From assembly GCA_025558095.1 (NCBI GenBank), contig JAIVFI010000001.1, positions 310,001 to 374,000 on the forward strand: a DNA stretch of 64,000 nucleotides. The letters run 5' to 3'. Made by a program: the position numbers and the translations under genes. This DNA is from Hyaloraphidium curvatum SAG 235-1 (Eukaryota > Fungi > Monoblepharomycota). Below the pieces are notes generated by a model, which worked only from the letters and a program-made list of their open reading frames with translations, ran no database searches and was not told the origin of the DNA. Below, piece after piece: positions 11,162-21,884 of this stretch. Within the stretch, counting starts at the first letter, position 1; each line of letters begins with the position of its first letter.

Positions 11162-11255
11162 CGAATGCGTGCCGACGTTGGAGGCGTGGAGGAAGACCTT
11201 GTGGCGGCCGGCGGTGTCGAGGGCCGGGTAGCGGAAGCGGCCGGAGTGACCAGCG
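11162..11255 (-). pseudogene. Fragment copied from the GT92-like gene (about 4647-4742)
   Basis: Near-identical DNA encoding RFRYPALDTAGRHKVFLHASNVGTHS versus RFRYPAFDTAGRHKVFFRPSDVGTHS. Confidence 0.8.
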
Positions 11256-11350
11256 GCTGCGAGATGCGGCGAAGAACACCAGACTTTGTTGATTGATATG
11301 CGCGTCGGAGGCGGAGTCACCCCCCCTGCGTCCACTCCCTCTCGCTCGAC

Positions 11351-12502
11351 ATGAGCGTCCTCCACGGACCCGCGTTATCGCGCAGGATGCCGGGCGGGAA
11401 CGCGCTGGGCGCGCGGGCCGCCCCTCTCGCCCTCGCGGCGCTGCTGGCCTTCGCCGCGCTCGGCGGCGTGCTCCGTTCGCGGGACGCTGCCCGCGGGGAC
11501 GCGTGGACTGCTGCCTCCCGTGAATTCCGGACACCGGCCCACGTGCCGTCCGACTGCGTCCCCGACGCCGCACGAACACTGGAGGCGGCCAGGCTGGCCG
11601 TCGCGACGGGCAACCTCTCACTGCTCTCGTTCATGCCGTGCCTGCACGTGCGCGATCGGGCCTTCTTCAGGCGCTACTGGGCCGACGAGCTGTTTGCCAA
11701 ATGGCGGGCCAACGAAGATGGCTACCGGACACGGAACGTCGCGCTCGCCGACGCCGTCCGCCCCGGCGCCGCCGTGTACGCGACCTACGCCGACCGCTGC
11801 TGCCGCAAGGCCGTCGCCACCGCGGTCAGCAAAGCCCGCGAGCACGGCTTCACCAAGGTGCTCGCCTACGATGCCTCCTCCCTCTCCCCCGGCTTCCGCG
11901 ACCGCTTCGGCACCATCCTGTCGGCCCAGCGCGGCGCCGGCTACTGGTTCTGGAAGCCCTTCATCGTCCTCAAGGCCCTCCTCGAGGAGACCCGCCCGGG
12001 GGACTACCTCTGCTACGCCGACGCCGGGTCGCACCCCGTGGCCGACCCCGGCCCGTTGCTCGCGCACGCCGCCCGCCTGCCCTACGGGATCTGGTTCCCG
12101 CACACGCCGGGGCGGCACTCGGAGGAGAAGCTCGCCAAGCGCGCTCTGCTCGTCCGCGCGGGGATGGACGTCCCCGAGGTCCTCGGCTCGGTGCAGGCCC
12201 AGGTGAACCACCTCTGCCTGCCGCACACCCCCGCGGCGGTGCAGTTCGTCTCGGAGTGGTTGCTGCTCGCGTCGTTGCCGGGGATGGTGGACGATTCCCC
12301 CGGCTCGGAGCCGGAACACCCGCGGTTCGCGGGGCACAGGCACGACCAGGCGGTGTTTTCGCTGACGGCCAAAAAGTGGGGGCTCGAGATGTCGAGGGAC
12401 CCGACGGAGTGGGGGGAGAAGGAGATGGAGAGGGAGGGGTACGGGAGGGACGGGAGCGGGCCGTACCCGCTGACCTTCAACCACCACAGGATCAAGGATT
12501 GA
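11351..12502 (+). CDS. Glycosyltransferase-like protein (RGAGYWxWKP / YxDAG / HRHDQ family), intronless
   Basis: N-terminal anchor LALAALLAFAALGGVL; motifs RGAGYWFWKPFIV, YLCYADAG, HRHDQAVFSL, typical of GT-A-like nucleotide-sugar transferases. The start may be 11387. Confidence 0.7.
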   Translation: MSVLHGPALSRRMPGGNALGARAAPLALAALLAFAALGGVLRSRDAARGDAWTAASREFRTPAHVPSDCVPDAARTLEAARLAVATGNLSLLSFMPCLHVRDRAFFRRYWADELFAKWRANEDGYRTRNVALADAVRPGAAVYATYADRCCRKAVATAVSKAREHGFTKVLAYDASSLSPGFRDRFGTILSAQRGAGYWFWKPFIVLKALLEETRPGDYLCYADAGSHPVADPGPLLAHAARLPYGIWFPHTPGRHSEEKLAKRALLVRAGMDVPEVLGSVQAQVNHLCLPHTPAAVQFVSEWLLLASLPGMVDDSPGSEPEHPRFAGHRHDQAVFSLTAKKWGLEMSRDPTEWGEKEMEREGYGRDGSGPYPLTFNHHRIKD

Positions 12503-12607
12503 TACCCGTTAGCCGCGCCACGGTTGTATGGGCCGTGCGACCGTCGATGTTGTTGCGTTTGTTATGCCTATTGGCATGCACTCCGTCGGCGAATGTGAGG
12601 CACGATG

Positions 12608-12650
12608 GTACGCAATACCACAGAATCAGTATGCAATACCACAGAATCAG
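12608..12650. repeat. 21-bp tandem duplication
   Basis: GTA(C/T)GCAATACCACAGAATCA repeated twice. Confidence 0.85.
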
Positions 12651-12859
12651 GAGTTGAAGCCCATAGGCGTTTTTTGCGGTAGTGCGGGGCTGCGCTCCAA
12701 GCCGGTTTGGTTGCGTGTTGAGCATTGAGAAGCCCTCATGTGCGTGTTGAGAGGAGAAGCCGACTGCCGCGCGGTCCCGACTGCAACCGCACCCGCCAAA
12801 CAAGCCTGAACTTCCACCGTCTGTTCCTGGTCGCCCAACCCCCAACAACCATCGCCGTC

Positions 12860-14056
12860 ATGCGCCTGCTCGCGTTCACCGCCCTCCTCGCCATGCTCCC
12901 CGCGGCGCTCGCGCTGCAGTGGCCGTGGCCCATCGGGACCGCGGAAGACGAGCCGCAGCACCGGGCCAAGCGCGCCGTTAGCGACCGCGGCGAGGACGAA
13001 TGGGGGACGTCGGCGTTCCTGCCGTCGTGGATGTCGGGCGAGGGAGGCCACGGAGGGGGCATGTGGTGCGTTTTCCGGCAGGCGGGGACGCACAGTCACC
13101 GATGCGCGGTCGCTGATCCTCGTCCTTTCTCCCCCGTTTCGACGTCGTCGGCATTGTTTCCTTCGTCCAATGAAGGCCCGACAGCCGCTTCGGCGCCCGG
13201 GACATCGCCTACATGATGGACGCTTCCCGCCGCTCTCTCCTCTCGCCTTTCAGCGTGCGGACCACCAAGACGTGAGCCGTCGGCGGAGTACTGCACTTTC
13301 CGCATTCCGTTGACTTCTTTCCCGCCCCACGCGCACCTGCAGCCACTACCTCGCCTTCCTCGACGTCCCCGGCATCCCCCGCTCCGCCCTCAACGTCACC
13401 CTGCTCCCCTCCACGCGCCTCCTCCGCGTGCGCGGGCAGCTGCGGTGCACCGAGGCCTCGGACGACTTCTGCACCGAGCGCACGGTCTCGCACGAGGTCA
13501 GCCTGCCGAGGGACGCGGACCTCGACACGGGCGTCGAGGTCGGCGTCAGGGACGGGGTGCTCAGGATCAGGGTGCCGAGGAGGGAAGCCAGCGGCGAGGG
13601 ATGGAAGGTGCTGCAGGTTGCCGAGGGCGGGTGGGTCGTCCGCGATGCGGGAGCGTGCATTCCGAGTGACGAGATCGCTGATCGTTCTTGCCGGCCCCTT
13701 TGCCGCGCAGGATCGAAGCCGCCACCAGCGTCGCCACCTCGCTCGCCCGCGCCGCCACCGACGCCGCCAAGAACGCCGCCGGGATGGCCACCGATGCCGC
13801 GGCGCAGGCTACGGATGCCGCCCGCGGGGCCGGCGAGGCCGCCCGCGAGGCGGCGGGGGAAGCCTACGCCCGTGCCGCCGAGGGCACAGCGCGCGCGACC
13901 GAGGCCGCCAGGCAGGCAGCGGGGCAGGCGGGGGAGTACGCCAAGCAGGGGGCCGAGGGCGCGAAGAAGGTCGTGCAGCAGGCCGGGGAGGGGATCAAGG
14001 GCGCCATGGGCGGGAACGAGGGGGAGGCCAAGACCGTGAAGCCGACGCAGGCTTGA
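12860..14056 (+). CDS. Secreted HSP20/alpha-crystallin-domain protein with LEA-like C-terminus (4 exons)
   Basis: Signal peptide MRLLAFTALLAMLPAALA; HYLAFLDVPGIP...VSLPRDAD...VRDGVLRIRVPR (alpha-crystallin domain). Intron 13631-13710 joins it in frame to an Ala/Lys/Glu/Gln-rich LEA-like tail. Confidence 0.75.
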
Positions 14057-14204
14057 GCGAGAGAGCGGGGGTTCGAGTCGAAAATGGGGGAAAAGGGGAC
14101 GAGAGACTGGTAGCATTTTAGCAGTGGGGGAAATCTTGAGGGAAAATCCATGAGCTTCTTTCACCGGTCACTTGCAAGGGTTGTCCAAACCTTTTCGTCG
14201 CCGC

Positions 14205-16183
14205 TCAAAGCTTCGCTTCTGCCGGCCTTGTCTGCATGCCCCTGCCCCGTTCGTCCCAGGTGGCCTTGAGGTCGTACGGGTAGAGTGGCTCTACATTCTT
14301 GGTCTGCATCGGGCCTTCGTCAGCCTGTAATCCATCGCGAGTTGAGGCACAACCACCTTCGGGAAAGCCTCGAGATTGTGCGAGGTCAAGCCCGGCTGTC
14401 CGTCTGAAATGATGATCTCGCTTGCCGTCTCGGTCCCCGGCTTGAAAAAGGCGCGGAAGTGCACCGAGCTCTTGAGCCCGATCAGCCTGAACTGCTTCGG
14501 CACGATCCCGTGCGAGATCATCCAGTTGTCGTCGAAAACCTGAACGTTCCGGCTGATGACGACGACGTGGAACCCAGTCTCGGGGACCACGAGACACGCC
14601 GACACGCCGAGGTCCGCGCGGGTGGGGGAGGAGTATCCCCGGAAGGTCATTCGGCCGGCGGCGACCGACTTCAAGTACGCGCGGGGGAGCACCACGGGCG
14701 GGCCGGACCAGGGGCCGGATCGGCCGCCAATGGAGACGTCGGTGATGAAGGTGCCCACGGGGGTCGAGGAGAGCTGCGTGCATTGAAGAAATGGTGGTTC
14801 AGAAGGGTGAAGCACGGGCAGAGAAGACACGCACCTTCTGGACGAGCTCCGGATCGAACAGACCGACGAACGCCGCGCGCTCGACCTTGCTGTCCAGCAT
14901 CTCCCGCAATAGGTACGTCGCGTCGCCCGTGGTCCCGCCGCCGGGGTTGTCCGCCGCGTCGGCGATGATCACGGGCCCGTGGTCGGTCGCGTCCGCCACG
15001 AACATGAACGTCCCGGCGTCCCTTCGCCCGCCCTCCTTGGGTTCGGCGAGCGTCAGGCGGCCCTGCGATGCCAGGACCTCCTTGGCCTTCGCCACCGCCT
15101 CGGCAGGCGTCTTGGTCCTCGACATCGCCCTGTCTTTGCTCGTCCAGATGAATTTCGAGATCTCGAGCGCGACCTCCTTGGCCAGAGCCCCGTCCCCGTC
15201 GGTGGTGACGAACACGTGCACCCCGGCGTCCTCGATGTCCGAGAACGGAAAACCGTGCAGGACGGAGCAGTCGAGCACGCCGGGGCGACGCATCGCGGCC
15301 TCACACATCTCTCGCACCTCGGACATGAGGAAACCCTGCCCGGGAACAGTCTGCCGGCGATTCAAAGATGAGAAAGCGGCGGGAAGTGGAGCGAAAGCAC
15401 AAACGGGCGCGCTCATGAGGGTGAAGGGGAGCCGCTCGACGTATCGGACGGGCCGGATCTTCTTGGAGCGGATGCCGGGCACGAGGGCGAGCAGCTGCTG
15501 CGAGCGCGGGTTGTGGTCGATGTGCGGGTAGGTGAGCACGGCGTTGATGACGTCGACGTTGGCGTGCTGCTCCGGGCGGTTGAACGGCCTTCGAAGGAGG
15601 ATGGCGGAGAGTCACCTACCATCTTCGGCGTCATCTTTCCGTGCAGGTCGAGGTTGGCGACCACCACCGCGCCGCCCACGATCCCCCTGATCTCCTCCAA
15701 CAGCACCCCCTCCAAGTCCCCCGAGTCCTGGGCAACTCCCGCCCCGTGGAGATGCAGCGCGACGCAGTCGACCCCCCCGGCGGCCCGCACCGCCTTCCGC
15801 AGCGAGTCCAGAAGCATCTCCTTGAGGGCTGCCCAGCACGCGGACGAAATCATGCCGCTCGGGTTCGCGATGGTGAGCGTGAACGGGACGAGTTGAAACT
15901 GCTCCGGGTGAGAGTCGGCATGGGCGATGAAACCCGAGGCCGAGTCGCCGCCGCCGCGCATGGCATCGAGGATCGCGTCACCCTGCAGGATGCGGAAGTC
16001 CTGCGGGGGAAGGTCAGCGTCGTTGGGGAGGGAGACGCGGGAGACATTCCGAGAGTTCCGTGAGCCGGTTGAACGGGTAGCCGCTGCGAGACGTCAGCTC
16101 CGGCGCGGGGGCCGGGAGCATGATACGTACTACGTGTTGGTCTCGTGGAAAAAGCCGCCCAGGGCGACCTTGAGGGGGGCCAT
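14205..16183 (-). CDS. MlrC-like (peptidase M81) metallopeptidase, multi-exon
   Basis: GFFHETNT, LHLHGAG, NLDLHG, TYPHID, DNPGGGTTGDAT and KSSVHFRA motifs. Confidence 0.88.
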
Positions 16184-16228
16184 CGCGGCGGGGAGACAAG
16201 CGCGATTCGTGACTGTATTACTACACTC

Positions 16229-16545
16229 CATGGGTACACCGCACGATCAGCCGCCGTAATGGAGGGCGCCCTAAAGGACGGTGTCGAGCAGGTGGTCCTC
16301 GACGCCCGGGAGCTCAACATCTCGGCCGTGCGCTTCGTCGAAGGCGGCAAGCTCGTTCCGGCCAAGCACACCCTGCACCCGGAGCACTTTGCCTTTGGCC
16401 AGCGTTTCGAAATCCGGCTCCCGGGGCCCCTCGACAAGGACGCCACGGCCGAGCTGAGGATCGACTACGCGACCCGCCCCGAATGCGCGGCCGCGGGCTG
16501 GCTCGGCCCCGAGCTCACCGTGGGCAAGAAGCACCCGTACCTCCA
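16229..16545 (+). pseudogene. N-terminal fragment of leukotriene A4 hydrolase / M1 aminopeptidase
   Basis: VVLDARELNI...FGQRFEI...IDYATRPECAAAGWLGPELTVGKKHPYL, then similarity stops. There is no room for the catalytic domain before the next gene. Confidence 0.7.
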
Positions 16546-16860
16546 AGGGGCAGGGAGACCGAGGTCGGTACAGATGTTCAGCTGCAACGCCTCGTCGTCC
16601 AGGCCGGTGTCCTTCTCCAAGCACTGCGCACCCAGGCAGGCACCCGAGTGGCCAGCCTTGACGCGATCCGTCACCTTCGCGCCCAACGACGACGAATGAG
16701 AGACAAGGACGCACGGTCAAATCAAGCCCAAATGGATCCGTGTTTCAGTTTTTCAGACATGGCATGATCAAGAAGCATCCTTCCCTCGTCGCCTTCATCA
16801 CCCTCCGCATGATGGCCCCGCCCGGTCGCACAAAGTCCGCCGCAGGTCCCCAGAATTGCC

Positions 16861-18550
16861 TCACGACATCTGCAAGAACCCCTTGACCGCCCCGCCGACC
16901 TCGTTGATGCTGAGCAAGAACGTATCGTGGCCGTAGATCGCGTCGAGCTCGTAGTACGTCACGTTTGCGTTCCCCGTCTTCTTGAGGCAGTCGGCCACCT
17001 CCTTCTGCTGCCACACGGGGAACAGGATGTCCGACTGCACGCCCAGCACGAGCGCGGGCATCTGCACCGGCGCCAGGCCCGCCACGAGCCGGTCGCAGTC
17101 CTCCTGCGGGTCCGTGCCCTCGCTCACGTCCACCTCGACCTCGCGCGCCGCCGCGCCGCCCGGCTGCGCGGGGGCGGGCGGGGCGTCGGATTGGCCGTCG
17201 AGAAAGTCCGCGACGAGGTTGGGGTCCGCGGGGATGGGGTGCGACATGTCGAACATGTCCATGGCCTTGGAGATGTAGAGCAGCGAGTTGGCGTCGTACT
17301 GCATGCAGAATCGCTCGCCCTGATGATCCAGGTAATTCTCAATTTCGAAGTCCGGGCAAAATCCGGGGCTCTGTTGAGGCTGGGAACGCTTCCGGCCGAA
17401 GCGCTTCTCCCATTCGGGCCCGGAGCGGTACGTGATGGTTGCGATCTCGCGCGCGAGCTTCATGCCGACGTGGGGAGGGATCGAGTCGTAGTAGAAGCCG
17501 CGGTTCCAGTTGGGGTCCGACATGAGGACTGGAAAGTGGGGGGGAAGCGACCGAAGTCAGCAACACTACCGATCATGTGCACAGCCTGCCAAACCCACCC
17601 TGACGCTGCGTGTACCGCATGGCGATCGAGTACGGGTGCGAGCGCGCGCAGGCCGAGATGGACACGACGCGGCCGACGCGGTCCGGGAACATGGCGGCGG
17701 CGGCCAGGCTCTGCATGCCGCCCATGCTCGACCCCACGCTGGCGTGCAGGCGGTCGATGCCCATGGCGTCCAGCATCTTGAACTGCGCGCGCACCATGTC
17801 GAAGATGGTGATGACGGGGAAGCGGGTCGCGTAGCGCTCCGAGTTGCCGGGATCGACCGACGACGGGCCCGTGCTTCCGTAGCATCCGCCGAGAACGTTC
17901 GTGCAGATCACGTAGAACCGATTCGTGTCGAGCGCCAGTCCGGGCCCGATGAACTTCTCCCACCAGCCGGGGTTGCGGTTGCGCTCGTGCGACTTTGCGT
18001 GCGACGACGCCGACAGGCCCGTGTGCACCAGGATCGCATTGTCCCGCCGCTCGTTCAGGCGGCCCCAGGTCTCGTAGGCGATGTCGAACTCGGGTAGGAT
18101 GCCGCCGTGCACGAAGCGGAAGGGCTGCGAATGGCGGAAGGTCTCGTAGCCCGACACTATGCGCCCGTAGGCCGGCTCGGGCCCGAGGTGCCTGCCGGTG
18201 GCCTGGCCGAAGGGGAGGGAGGGGCCGGGCAGGGGTATCGTCGTGCGCTGCGCCGACAGCTGCTGCGCCAACCTGCGCTGCCTGTCCTGCGCGGCGTCGA
18301 GGCACGGCATCTGCAGCTGCGGGTTCGTCGGGTGCGGGCCGGCCGAGACCGACGGCGGCTCGTGCGCCGCGGCGTCGGCGGCCGACGTGCGGAAGAGGCG
18401 GGCGGCGCCGGCGCTGCGCAGGGCGCGCTGAGGCCGCGGCAGGCTGGCGCGGGGGCTGCGGGAGGCAGCCGGGCCCAGCGCGGCCAATGACATCGCGGCC
18501 GCGGCGGGCAGAACAGCAGGCCCGCGGGCAAACGGCAGAGAAAGGGACAT
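16861..18550 (-). CDS. cys2: Serine O-acetyl/succinyltransferase (Cys2/CysA-like, homoserine acetyltransferase family)
   Basis: [37 protein letters not shown]; mitochondrial-type Arg/Ala-rich leader; one intron at about 17600-17530. Confidence 0.88.
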
Positions 18551-19226
18551 CGCGAGAAGGCGATGCGCTCGCGCAGGAAGTCCGGAGGGCGGAAATGAGC
18601 GAGGACTTTCGATCCCGGGGGGTTTTGTGAGACGGGCTGGTGATGGGTCCCAGAATTGCACCATCGGTTTTGCCGGCAGGCCGCCCGCGGTTCCTACCTT
18701 TTTCGCCCGCGCCCCCCCGGCGCGGGCCTGTACATGGCCGTGATGCATGGGTCTTAAACATCAGCTGGGCTAGGCAGCTGGGGGATGTGCGGAACGCTTG
18801 GGGTGGAAGGCAGGACCGGAAGGCGAGGCAGCATCACTTCCCAACACATAGGAATAAAGTAAACCTCTCTCCGCCCACCTCCTTTTGAACTTTGGAACAC
18901 AATTGAATTATTGGGGGCCTTTGTCGCGACCCTCGAGTCTCTTGGGGTGGCGGGCAAGGCTGACAGCTGCTTGTCCGCTCCATGGAACCTCCCCGGGACC
19001 GCTCTGCTGCCCACGTCCACCGGTAACCGTCGCCGCGCTCCAGTACATGTATAGGGTCGGCACTGCTCGGGTTTCGCTCTCTTCCAGCTTGCGGGGCGCG
19101 GTTGATCCGCTGCTTCCTGTACGAACCGCTCAACAAGTCAATACGCGTCAAGTCCACTCCAACACCGGCCTCGGCCAGCCCCGAATCCCCCTCAATCTCG
19201 CCTGTCGCCCTGCCTCTGGCTTGAAA

Positions 19227-20547
19227 ATGCGCACGGCGGTCATCACCGGCGCCAACAGGTGCGATGCCGCTACGTTTCCGCAACCGCAGTCCCCGACCAA
19301 CCGCCACTCCCCTCCTGCCCCGCCCCATCCCAGCGGCGTCGGCTTCGGCCTCGTGCAGCTCCTCCTTCGCCACCCCATCCCCGCCGACTCGCCGCTCGCC
19401 CCCCGCGCCGAGCCGCACCCCGCCTTTGCCGACGCGGACCCCGCGCCGTGGCGGGTGGTCATGGTCTGCCGCGACGCCAAGCGCGGCGAGGCCGCACGGG
19501 ACGACCTCTGGGCGGCGTACCAGCTCGAGTGCCGGGTGCGGCAAAAGGCCGGGCAGGAGGTGCAGCCCGAGGAGCTGTGGTCCGGCCCGGCAGGCACCCG
19601 GATATCGCTGGAGCTCGCGGACCTGGCCGACACGGACTCGGTCGTCGCGCTGTGCCGCCGCCTGTTGGCGCGCGGGGAGCCGATCGACAGGCTGGTGTGC
19701 AACGCGGGGATCATGCCATGCTCGGGGGTGTCGTTCCTCAACTTGACGAACCTGGTGCTGGCGCCGCGCTGGACGTTCGAGACGGGCGGGCGGATCATGG
19801 TCGAGGAAAAGGGGCTGCGGACCGGGGACAAGTACGACCTGGGGACGATTTTTGCCGCCAACGTGTTTGGTCACTACATCATGGTGAGAACGGGCTGCCG
19901 TGGAGGCTCGTTTCTCTGCCCGGCTGACCCTCGCTCCCTGTCCCGCCAGGCCCGAATGCTCGCCCCCCTCCTCCGCAAATCCCCCTCCCCCCTCATCCTC
20001 TGGACCGGCTCCACCTCCGCCCGCCCCGCCGCTCTGGACCTCCTCGACCCGCAGGCCGCCTCGGCCGAGTTCCCCTACGCCGCCTCCAAGCGGCTCCTGG
20101 ACCTCGTCTCGGTCTACCTCTCCCGGCGCGAGGGCGGGGTGAAGAGCGTCGTGTGCTCGCCGGGGAACCTGCCGAGCAACATCCTGAGGGGCGCGCTGGG
20201 GCGGTGGATGTACGACTATGGCTACGTACCAAGCTGGTACCTCGTGGGTCCCAATATCGCCCCGCCCAAAGCCCTGTGCCGCTCACCGCCGCCCGTTTCC
20301 CCGACAGACGAAGTGGCTCGGCGCGGCGGGCAACCACACGTCCGCCCACACCTCGGCATCGTCGCTGTACCTCGCCTGCGTATCGCCCCCCTCGCGATTC
20401 GACCCCGCGGTCAAGTACCACTCGGCGACGACGGCGCGGGATCGGTGGTTCGTGGAGGAGCTGCCGATCCCGGCGGGGGAGGAGGAGGTGGAGAGGGCGG
20501 GGGCTTACGTGGAGGGACTGTACGGGGAGGTGGTGGGGGAGACGTGA
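19227..20547 (+). CDS. ERG27: 3-keto-steroid reductase (SDR)
   Basis: VITGAN(S)GVGFG across an intron, CNAGIMP, IFAANVFGHYIM, WTGS, YAASK. Confidence 0.85.
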
Positions 20548-20730
20548 AGGGAGGCACATACCCGGGGCTTCGGTGCACGGACGGGCTTAAGGATAGACAT
20601 GGATGGTGGCGATGTATTCCAATGCAATTCCCCGAACCTTTCGAGTAAAATGATAGGTTAGTTTAGCCACCCCCTGACGTATCGCGAGGGCGCAAGGACA
20701 CCTAGTTCATCCGCCAGCCAATCGCGGCCA

Positions 20731-21694
20731 ATGGGGAACTGCTTCTCGTCGAAATCCGAGGCCGCGGCCGCCGCGCCGAGACAGGCGGCGGTGCCGGTGC
20801 CGCTGAAGCAGACCGCGGCGGTTCCTGCCGCGCCTGCCCCGGCGGCCCCCACAGAAACCCCCGAACCCGCGCTCCCCGACACGCCGAACCCGCCCATCCC
20901 CCTCGCCGTCTTCCGCAACGCGCACGAAGGCATCCGCGGCGCCATTCGCGAATGCGATTCCGCTCTCCCCTCGGTCCCCTCCTTCGCCTCGGCATGGCAC
21001 TCGTTCCAGCGCGCAATGAGGGTCCACGCGCGCATGGAGGACGACCTGATGTACCCGCTGCTCAACGCCGCGAGCGACAACAAGATCACGAAGGAAGGGA
21101 TCACGGAGGAGCACGTGAAGGATCATGAATTGGGGGAGAAGGTGGAGGCGGCGGTTGCGGATGGAGATGCGGACAAGGTGAAGGGAGCGTGGGAGGAGTA
21201 CAAGGCGTTCCACCTGTGAGCTGCACGGTGTTTCCGAACCGCTCAGAGGACTGACGAGCCCGTCGCCATTCGATGGAAGCGCGCACCTGCTGCACGAGGA
21301 AAAGGTGCAGCCGCCGCTGGTGGCCAAGATCGTCCCGGCCACGCCCGCCGGCCGCGCCAAGTTCTTCCACGAAAAGTTCATCACGCCCATCATGGCCGCC
21401 GATGCCGACGAGTTTGCGTTCATGATCGGGTACTGCGTCAAGATGGTGAGCCTTTTTGCCGTCCGTCCACAGGGCATCCGCTAACTCCCGTGCCAGATGA
21501 CAAAATACGGCACGACGGAGCACGACGCGCTGACCGGTGTCCGGGTGTTTGTCCACGGGACCAAGGTGGCGTGCTCGCCTGCGCAGTGGGACGCGCTGCG
21601 GCCCGTGGTCGAGGCCAACACGACGCCCGAGATCTGGAAGGCCATGTGCAGCGAGTACTTCGTCGACACGCCGGGGGACCAGGTTGCGGCATGA
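20731..21694 (+). CDS. Hemerythrin-domain protein with N-myristoylation/palmitoylation motif (3 exons)
   Basis: MGNCFSS start; AHEGIR, VHARMED, EEHVKDH, AHLLHEE (H/HxxxE pattern). Confidence 0.75.
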
Positions 21695-21884
21695 AGTGGA
21701 TGTGCAGAAGGTAGTCGCTTGTGTACGCTGTTTGGCTTTTGCTTAGGGAAGGAGGAAGAGAGTTGCTATTGAGCGATCGCGACGGGCAGCGTGATTGGCA
21801 CGGCACGACGAAGGTGTATTCCAATGCAGTCTAAGGATCGAGGAAAGAACGTCGGGTGAGGTAGAAACGATCCGGTTCAAACGC

